Of a stretch of 64,000 nucleotides of DNA, positions 50,133 through 57,471 are shown piece after piece. A program made the translations under genes and the position numbers. The notes under the pieces were generated by a model, which worked only from the letters and a program-made list of their open reading frames with translations, had not been told where the DNA came from and did no database searches. Within the stretch, counting starts at the first letter, position 1; every line of letters starts with the position of its first letter. The DNA lies in the IMG/VR virus record IMGVR_UViG_3300042289_000986, positions 124,001-188,000 of that record; one strand, given 5' to 3'.

Positions 50133-50160
50133 AGTATATTTTAATATAAATAAAAATCAA
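50133..50160 (-). promoter_or_regulatory. Sigma70-type promoter for the GT9/TPR-GT2 pair
   Basis: TTGATT-16-TATACT, 6 nt before the ATG. Confidence 0.5.
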
Positions 50161-51059
50161 TAAGGACTATTGGATACTCTTGTAATAAGCATATATGGTT
50201 GAGTACCAAAATTATTATTAAATACTGGATACCCTTGATTACCGTTTCCGCCGTTTGCACCGCCATGTAAAACTGTTACCGCATAAAAAGTTTGTGGTGA
50301 TAAAAGTACACTAATAGAACCTCTTTGAGAAGATTCTCCATTTCCTGTTGTATCCGTAAATCCTTGCGCTATATTTCCAATTAAAGTTGCAAGATTTACG
50401 TTTGATGTATTAATAAATTGATTGTTTTGATATAAACGAAGTCTCATAAAATCTGTTGGATCTGTCATATCATACGAAGCATATCTTATTTCAATATTAT
50501 ATAAACCACCTTCAGTAACAGTAAAATTTGTATGTGTTCCAGTGTTGTTTCCAGTTTCTAAAACAGGAGATATATAAAACGTCAGAGGAGTATTAAAAGA
50601 AATTACATTTTCTAAATTATACAACCATCGATTCCATCGAATAACGTTTTCAATTCCATTTGTTGTGTTTGATAATCCATTATTTAAATTTATATCAAAT
50701 CTTAAATAACAAGGATTAACTGAACCAGAAGGACCAGTTGGTCCAGTTGGTCCTATTGGCCCTCCTGATGGACCAGTTGGTCCAGTTGGTCCTATTGGCC
50801 CTCCTGATGGACCAGTTGGACCTGTAACCCCTGTTGGTCCTGTGTTTCCAAAACCTGTAGCTCCAGTTGGTCCCGTTGGTCCAGTTACTCCTGTATTTCC
50901 AGAACCCGTAGCTCCAGTTGGACCAGTTGATCCTGTGTTTCCTGTAGCACCAATTGCACCCAAATTTGGGATATCAGAAGTTTCTATTACATTAATAGAA
51001 CGAACCGTAGCATCTTTGGGTTCTATATGCTTTCCATAAATGTTAAATTCCAATGCCAT
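50157..51059 (-). CDS. BclA-like protein: collagen segment + C1q/TNF-like head
   Basis: GPT/GAT repeats, then [19 protein letters not shown]...PYMLITRV. Confidence 0.78.
   Translation of the reverse strand: MALEFNIYGKHIEPKDATVRSINVIETSDIPNLGAIGATGNTGSTGPTGATGSGNTGVTGPTGPTGATGFGNTGPTGVTGPTGPSGGPIGPTGPTGPSGGPIGPTGPTGPSGSVNPCYLRFDINLNNGLSNTTNGIENVIRWNRWLYNLENVISFNTPLTFYISPVLETGNNTGTHTNFTVTEGGLYNIEIRYASYDMTDPTDFMRLRLYQNNQFINTSNVNLATLIGNIAQGFTDTTGNGESSQRGSISVLLSPQTFYAVTVLHGGANGGNGNQGYPVFNNNFGTQPYMLITRVSNSPY
50731..50819 (-). repeat. 39-bp tandem repeat, ~2.3 copies
   Basis: ggaccagttggtccagttggtcctattggccctcctgat x2 on the + strand. Confidence 0.88.
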
Positions 51060-51060
51060 T

Positions 51061-51270
51061 TTAATTAAATGTACCAGTTATAGGATCGTATGTTTTATCT
51101 AAAAGACTTATATCGTAATCACTTTCTATGCATAATGCGTTTTGAGTATTTGCGCTTCTATTATTATTTTCATCAATAGAAATATTAGTAACTTCAAAAT
51201 TTTCATCTTTAAAAGATGAAAATTGAATTGGTTTATTTGTAAATGGATTTATTAGAATATAGTAGTTCAT
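51061..51270 (-). CDS. Small protein, possible fibre adaptor or chaperone
   Basis: 69 aa, ends [12 protein letters not shown]; sits between two fibre genes. Confidence 0.55.
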   Translation of the reverse strand: MNYYILINPFTNKPIQFSSFKDENFEVTNISIDENNNRSANTQNALCIESDYDISLLDKTYDPITGTFN

Positions 51271-51272
51271 AA

Positions 51273-51968
51273 TTAAGATATTTTTATTACATGAAAATAA
51301 GGTCTGGTTCCATATGAATTTTCAAAAACAGGAAAACCACCAGTTCCAGGAGTAGGTGTAGTAATAACTGCTGTTCCTCCAGTATGGAAAAATGTTGCAA
51401 CTATATAATAAGGAACTGCATTAACATCCAATATAAATGTACCTCTTCTTTGGGCAGCAGCGTTATTAGATGTTCCGACAATGCCATCACCGATTGTATC
51501 AATTAAAGTTCCGCCGACTGTTGTAGTTATTGGCGTTGATTGTTGTCCTCTTAATCTTAATCTTAGTGTTGCTCCAGTTGGATTATTTAAATCATAAGAA
51601 GCATATCTAATATCTATTAAATATCTTCCAGTTTGTTTTAAAATCATGTTATTTAAAGTAGCATCTGCTTCAATGATATTCGTATTTGTTTGAAGTGTTA
51701 CTGCATTCCAATCAACAATATATTCAACACTATTATATGTATTTACTAATCCAGCATTTGATGTTATTTCCATTTCGGCGGCTGGAAATGATACAGCACC
51801 ACTAGACCAACTAGCAGAATTTTGTCTTACGAAAGTTGTTACAGGTAAACCATTAGAAAAATTTATATAATTAATTTTTTTAGTTGTGCCATTATTTACA
51901 ATAGGCAAAACATCAGTATTCGCGGGTTGACTTATTTCTAATAATTGAGATATTTTTTTATCAGCCAT
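51273..51968 (-). CDS. Short fibre protein with C1q/TNF-like head
   Basis: N-terminal MADKKISQL...DVLPIVNNGTTKKI; head (TGRYLIDIRYASYD...PYFHVIKI) is paralogous to 50157..51059. Confidence 0.75.
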   Translation of the reverse strand: MADKKISQLLEISQPANTDVLPIVNNGTTKKINYINFSNGLPVTTFVRQNSASWSSGAVSFPAAEMEITSNAGLVNTYNSVEYIVDWNAVTLQTNTNIIEADATLNNMILKQTGRYLIDIRYASYDLNNPTGATLRLRLRGQQSTPITTTVGGTLIDTIGDGIVGTSNNAAAQRRGTFILDVNAVPYYIVATFFHTGGTAVITTPTPGTGGFPVFENSYGTRPYFHVIKIS

Positions 51969-52007
51969 AATATTATTTATTCGTTTTTTTCATTTTTAAA
52001 GAACAAA

Positions 52008-52838
52008 TCAAGGAGGGGGTAATACAGGTGTATCATCTTGCATAAGTCTGTCATTATCTTCAGTTAATATATATCCAAACATATTATCTAATAACAAACC
52101 AAACAATGTAGTTGATACATATTGTTGTGGTTGATTTAAATCAAACAACTCAGTAGAACCAAAAAATGTATTATTAACATTAGTCAGTGTAATTTTTGTT
52201 ATTTTTCCAGTAATTGTTAAAACGTAATTTGATTCTCCAATATTATTAAAATATGTATTTGTTGGAAATTGATGTAAAATATCATCATTTGAACCCCATA
52301 TATTTTCACCACCACTTAAATAAAAAATAATTGTTTTTCCAGTTGTAAAATTAACATAAGAATATACTTCTCCTTGAACGACACTCCGAAAAAACACATT
52401 TCCTTTGGAAGCATCAATAATATATGATCCTCCTGAAGATAAGGAAAAAGAAGTAACTACATTAGAATAAGTCCAAAAAGATGAATTAGTGTTTACTAAA
52501 GAATAAACACTGTTCCAATTAGAACTTAATGCACAAACAGTACTTGTCGAAGATGTCCATTGTGAACTTAAATTCCCAACTAAAGTTAAATCAGCACTAT
52601 TACCACCAGTACCCGTTGATTTTAAAATTAAATCGGTGTTTTGTATACCATTTTTATACCAATATTCAGTTACACCAACACCAACAGCAGAAACACCTAC
52701 CGTTAAACCAATTCTTCTGACATTTGGGTTAATATTATCATTGGCATCATTAATAGAAGACCAAGGACCGTAACGCGAATCTACGTTCGCATATGGATCA
52801 ACTAAATAAATTGGTGCTGATAAGTTAAAAGTACTCAT
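52008..52838 (-). CDS. Fibre segment protein
   Basis: N-terminal D.RYGPW...R.IGLTV...EYW.KNGI...DLI.K domain; short NWNSVYS stalk; C-terminal GYILTEDNDRLM. Confidence 0.75.
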   Translation of the reverse strand: MSTFNLSAPIYLVDPYANVDSRYGPWSSINDANDNINPNVRRIGLTVGVSAVGVGVTEYWYKNGIQNTDLILKSTGTGGNSADLTLVGNLSSQWTSSTSTVCALSSNWNSVYSLVNTNSSFWTYSNVVTSFSLSSGGSYIIDASKGNVFFRSVVQGEVYSYVNFTTGKTIIFYLSGGENIWGSNDDILHQFPTNTYFNNIGESNYVLTITGKITKITLTNVNNTFFGSTELFDLNQPQQYVSTTLFGLLLDNMFGYILTEDNDRLMQDDTPVLPPP

Positions 52839-52839
52839 T

Positions 52840-54735
52840 TTATGCTAAAGTAAAATCAATTCTAAGATTAAATGGAACTGATGTGGTTTGTACATATCTT
52901 TTATATGGCCTATCGACGCCACTTGCATCTTTCACGCTAGTTGCACTTAAAGTAAATGCGCTCGTAACGTTTTGGAAATTTTCTGTTCTTGCTAATATTA
53001 AAGATTTATTATCTGGAATAGTTAAAACCGTATTATTTTCTGTCACTTGTATTGAAAAACTATTTACGTTATCAAAACTACTCAAAGGTAAAGTTCTTAA
53101 ATTAATTGGTATTATAGCAACAGATCCATAAAATTGAATATATCTTCCCGTGTAAGATCGACTTGTTTCTACCGAATCTGCTAAAATTCTACCTCTACTA
53201 TCAGGATTTCCCAAAATATTATTTAATATCGGTCCATTATTATAAGACACAACATTTTTAAACGTTGTTGTTCCTAGTTCTACAACCTCGTTTAGAGGAT
53301 AAACAAAAGAAGCTGGTAATTGTGCTTGTAAAATGTTATTTCTATATAAAGTAAAACTTATTGCCGAACCTGCTAGGTTTTGATTCCAATTTAAATTTAA
53401 ATTTTGTACAATAACCTGTCCAACTTCATAATTTGTTGTGTTAAAATTTGTTAAACTTGCTGTTGGTGGCAAATAACCAGTCGGAGCAGGTACTAACAAG
53501 TTTAAATTGTTTTCAATATTTTGAATTTTGAATGCTATAGCACTATTTTGAACCGCATTAGTTGAACTTAAATTTAAAGCACTATCATAAATAGAAATTG
53601 TACTCCAACTTGATGATAAAGCACACACACTACTATAAACGGAGTTCCAATTTAATCCGTTAATATTAATTAAATTTCTTGCACTTAATTCAAAACCACT
53701 TGTACTTTGCCAAGTAGAATAAACAGAATTCCAATTAGAAGATAAAGAACAAGTTGTATTAAATGTACTCTCCCATTTTCCACTTAAACTGTTTAATTGA
53801 AAATTAGCATTTCCAGAATTATTGTTAACCCAAGTGTTTACTTGATTTATATTTGCACTATTATTGTTTACAAATGTTCTTGCAGATATATCGAATGCAC
53901 TATTGTTATTCCAGCTACTGTAAACACTGTTCCAATTTCCACTATTTGCATTAACATTAGTTAATACGTTTTGTATGTTAGCACTATTTGAATTTACATT
54001 ACTGAAAACACTTTCATATTTTCCACTATTGGTATTGTATATCGTATATACACTTTGATTATTACTACTATTTGTGTTTACATTACTGAAAACACTATTC
54101 CAATTACTACTATTTGAATTTACATTACTGAAAACACTTTCATACTTTCCACTGTTTGTGTTAAAAATAGTATAGTTGCTTTCATATTTTGCACTGTTTG
54201 AATTTACATTACTGAAAACACTTTCATACTTTCCACTATTGGTATTAAAAGTAGTATAATTGTTTTGATTATTAGCACTATTTGCATTTACATTACTGAA
54301 AACACTTTCGTATCTTCCGCTATTTGTGTTAAAAATGTTATATACCGAATTTAAATTTGAAGACAAAGAACAAACTGTAAAAAAATTAGAATTCCATTGA
54401 TCAGAATTTCCAGTTTTTGCATAAATTATGTTATTGGTGCTAAAGGAACTAGTGGTAGTCAAATTACCTGTTAACGCTCCACCACTCAAAGGAAGATATC
54501 CACTTAAATCAACGCTTTTTATAATTAAGTCGGTGTCAGTTATTCCATTTTTAAAATGATATTCAACAGCACCCGTTGATATTGATGATATAGCAACGGT
54601 TAAGCCTAATTGTCTCAAACCAGCCGTAACTTCTAATGCACGTTGAATGGTTGGCCAAGGACCATAGCGATAATCTAAGTTAGCCGCTGGCTGAACTATT
54701 CCTATTTTTTTGGCTAATGGAAATGTATCACTCAT
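52840..54735 (-). CDS. Long fibre protein with 14-aa Asn/Ser repeats
   Basis: Same N-terminal domain as 52008; YLPLSGG; NSGKYESVFSNVNS repeats; shared C-terminal domain. Confidence 0.8.
   Translation of the reverse strand: MSDTFPLAKKIGIVQPAANLDYRYGPWPTIQRALEVTAGLRQLGLTVAISSISTGAVEYHFKNGITDTDLIIKSVDLSGYLPLSGGALTGNLTTTSSFSTNNIIYAKTGNSDQWNSNFFTVCSLSSNLNSVYNIFNTNSGRYESVFSNVNANSANNQNNYTTFNTNSGKYESVFSNVNSNSAKYESNYTIFNTNSGKYESVFSNVNSNSSNWNSVFSNVNTNSSNNQSVYTIYNTNSGKYESVFSNVNSNSANIQNVLTNVNANSGNWNSVYSSWNNNSAFDISARTFVNNNSANINQVNTWVNNNSGNANFQLNSLSGKWESTFNTTCSLSSNWNSVYSTWQSTSGFELSARNLININGLNWNSVYSSVCALSSSWSTISIYDSALNLSSTNAVQNSAIAFKIQNIENNLNLLVPAPTGYLPPTASLTNFNTTNYEVGQVIVQNLNLNWNQNLAGSAISFTLYRNNILQAQLPASFVYPLNEVVELGTTTFKNVVSYNNGPILNNILGNPDSRGRILADSVETSRSYTGRYIQFYGSVAIIPINLRTLPLSSFDNVNSFSIQVTENNTVLTIPDNKSLILARTENFQNVTSAFTLSATSVKDASGVDRPYKRYVQTTSVPFNLRIDFTLA
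53600..54400 (-). repeat. 42-bp (14-aa) tandem repeat array
   Basis: Recurrent tttacattactgaaaacactttc; boundaries approximate. Confidence 0.85.
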
Positions 54736-57470
54736 GATAAGGTTATAGTAAAGTTGCTGTTATATGGATTAACAGTTGTATATGTATACAACTTATAATC
54801 TCTTGGTGTTCCACCAGCATCTGGAACTTGGATTGAAGATAAACTAAATTCAGTTGTAAGAGTTTCAAAACTTCCTGTGATAATACTTACGAGTTGTTTT
54901 GAAGATGGTATAGCTATAGCAATATTTCTAGTGTAAACATAAAATGTAAAACTATTAGTGGTTGTGTAGTTCGATCCTGTTAAATTTCTAATTAAAGATG
55001 GTGTAGCAGGAATAGAATTAACCGATCCAAAAAATTGTCGATAATATGCATTATAATCACGATTGATGCTCTTTGTTCCAGCAGGAATTACATCTCTTGC
55101 ATCTGGTAAACCAAGCGCATTTTGTTTTACTGCGCCCGATAAGTGAGTTACAATACAAGTATATCTAGTCAATCCTAAATCTGCTGGTTCACTTACATTA
55201 CGAGTAAATGGAGTAGATTGCTCTTGAACTAATGTAGAATTTTTTTCTAATCTATAATTTGTAGCAGCACCACCATCGTTTTGCGTATAACCTAAAACCA
55301 AACTTCTTGTTACAGTTTGTCCAACTTCAAATTCTGTTGGACTAAATGTGGTAAGAGTGGCGGCTGGTGCTGTATATGTTGGCGCAGGAACTAATACGTT
55401 TAGACTATTTTCAATTTGTAAAATTCTATTTGTTACGGCACTGTTTGTTACTGTATTTGTAGATGTAGCATTTAATTGTTGATCAACACTGCTTAAAGGA
55501 ATGAATTTACTGTTACTAAACAATATAGTTGCATACGTAGAACTATTCGAACATACACTACTATAAAGACTGTTAAAGTTGGAAGAATTTTGATTTACAA
55601 AAGTTCTAGCATTTAAATCCAATGAACTATTTGCATTTGAATTTGTATAAACACTCTCCCATCTTCCAGAAAGTGCTTTTAAATCAGTTCCTTGATAATT
55701 CCAAACTGTCCCTGAATTATTTTGTACTGTAATATAAGTTTCTTGCCAATTACTTGAATTTGAATTTACATTACTAAAAACGCTATTAAAGTTATCTGAT
55801 AAAGAACAAACAGTTGAAAAATTACTAACCCAAAATGAAGAATTGTTTAATGTGTTTGTATAGTTACTATTCCAATTAGCACTATTTGAATTTACATTAC
55901 TGAAAACATTTTCATACTTGGAAGAGTTTGAATTTACATTACTGAAAACACTTTCATACTTTCCACTGTTTGTATTGTATATCGTATATACACTTTGATT
56001 GTTAGCACTATTTGAATTTACATTACTAAAAACACTTTCATATTTTCCACTATTTGAATTAAACGTAGTATAGTTGCTTTCATATTTCCCACTATTGGCA
56101 TTAAATCTACTAAAAACACTTTCATACTTGGAAGAGTTAGAGTTTACATTACTGAAAACACTTTGATTGTTAGCACTATTTGAATTTACATTACTGAAAA
56201 CACTTTCATATTTTCCACTATTTGTGTTAAATGTAGTGTAATTGCTACCATACTGTGCGCTATTTGAATTAAACGTAGTATAGTTGCTTTCATATTTCCC
56301 ACTATTGGCATTAAATCTACTAAAAACACTTTCATATTTTGCAGAATTTGAATTGTTAGTCGAATAAACACTATCCCAATTTTGAATATTTAAATTATTT
56401 CCTAAAACTTTTCCTGATGCACTTAAATCACCAAATATTAAAGTATTACCGACCAAATTACCTTCAATATTAGCTTTTAATGTATCAATTTTTAAAGTAG
56501 AATCATTAATATCAACATTTTGACCAGAAATTGAACTTAAGTTTGAAAACAAAAACCATTTTTTTGTAAAAGCATCTCTAACTAATCCTGAATACCTTTG
56601 ACCTAAGTCAATTGCTGATGTATAACCAACAAAACCAATATCAACAATATCCGCAGGATTTCCAGAAGCCAAATAAATTAAAGAATTGCTTAATACTAAA
56701 TCTTCAGTTGTAATTTGGGTCGAAGATCCTAAAAGGAATAAATTTCCACCAATACTAACATCACCTAAAACATAACCACCACTTAATGCTAAAAAATTAT
56801 TAGCAGTATATTGTTTTGTGGCAAAACTACTACTGTTTGAATTGTAGTTTGAATAAACACTGTCCCAATTTGCGCTTGTAGTGTTTACTTTAGAGTTAAC
56901 ATTATTGAGATTGGCACTATTATTGTTTACAAAAGTTCGAACATCAACAAAACTAGAACTATTATTGTTAAAAGAACTATAAACACTATTCCAAATTGCA
57001 GAATTAGAATTTACATTACTAAAAACGCTTTCATATTTTGCAGAATTTAAATTATTAGTCGAATAAACACTATTCCAATTATTAGAATATAAATTGACAA
57101 TAGATTCAGTGTTTTCCCAGCCTGAAGAATTATTAAGCGTGATTGTATAAACACTATCCCAATTTGCAGAGTTTGAATTTACAAAATTATAATTTGAAAT
57201 CCAATTAGCAGAATTTGTATTAACTGTATTAAAAGTATTTTCCCAATTAGCGGATAATGTTCCTGTTTGTAACGGAAGAACAGACTTATCTCCTCTTATT
57301 ATATAAGCAGCATTTAAAGCTGTAACAGAAACAATCTGTCCAACATATGCCGTTGGATTTGTCGCTGCATATGCTGTTAACTGCTGATATGTAGCAACAA
57401 CAAGAGTATCATCAATTGGAAAATTTCCCAATCTTAAAAAATTTGTTGGTAATGATACAGGATCTGCCAT
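54732..57470 (-). CDS. Long fibre protein with 14-aa Asn/Ser repeats
   Basis: N-terminal F.R.GNFPID...TAYVGQIVSV; repeats; central DIGF.G...YSGLVRDA domain; shared C-terminal domain. Confidence 0.8.
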   Translation of the reverse strand: MADPVSLPTNFLRLGNFPIDDTLVVATYQQLTAYAATNPTAYVGQIVSVTALNAAYIIRGDKSVLPLQTGTLSANWENTFNTVNTNSANWISNYNFVNSNSANWDSVYTITLNNSSGWENTESIVNLYSNNWNSVYSTNNLNSAKYESVFSNVNSNSAIWNSVYSSFNNNSSSFVDVRTFVNNNSANLNNVNSKVNTTSANWDSVYSNYNSNSSSFATKQYTANNFLALSGGYVLGDVSIGGNLFLLGSSTQITTEDLVLSNSLIYLASGNPADIVDIGFVGYTSAIDLGQRYSGLVRDAFTKKWFLFSNLSSISGQNVDINDSTLKIDTLKANIEGNLVGNTLIFGDLSASGKVLGNNLNIQNWDSVYSTNNSNSAKYESVFSRFNANSGKYESNYTTFNSNSAQYGSNYTTFNTNSGKYESVFSNVNSNSANNQSVFSNVNSNSSKYESVFSRFNANSGKYESNYTTFNSNSGKYESVFSNVNSNSANNQSVYTIYNTNSGKYESVFSNVNSNSSKYENVFSNVNSNSANWNSNYTNTLNNSSFWVSNFSTVCSLSDNFNSVFSNVNSNSSNWQETYITVQNNSGTVWNYQGTDLKALSGRWESVYTNSNANSSLDLNARTFVNQNSSNFNSLYSSVCSNSSTYATILFSNSKFIPLSSVDQQLNATSTNTVTNSAVTNRILQIENSLNVLVPAPTYTAPAATLTTFSPTEFEVGQTVTRSLVLGYTQNDGGAATNYRLEKNSTLVQEQSTPFTRNVSEPADLGLTRYTCIVTHLSGAVKQNALGLPDARDVIPAGTKSINRDYNAYYRQFFGSVNSIPATPSLIRNLTGSNYTTTNSFTFYVYTRNIAIAIPSSKQLVSIITGSFETLTTEFSLSSIQVPDAGGTPRDYKLYTYTTVNPYNSNFTITLS
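55740..56385 (-). repeat. 42-bp (14-aa) tandem repeat array
   Basis: Includes a ~77-bp duplicate at ~56050 and ~56260 (210 bp = 5 units apart). Confidence 0.85.
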
Positions 57471-57471
57471 A

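Noticed and set aside
41168-51968. Diversity-generating retroelement acting on fibre heads
   Set aside because: No reverse transcriptase, and no template/variable repeat pair with adenine-specific differences was seen.
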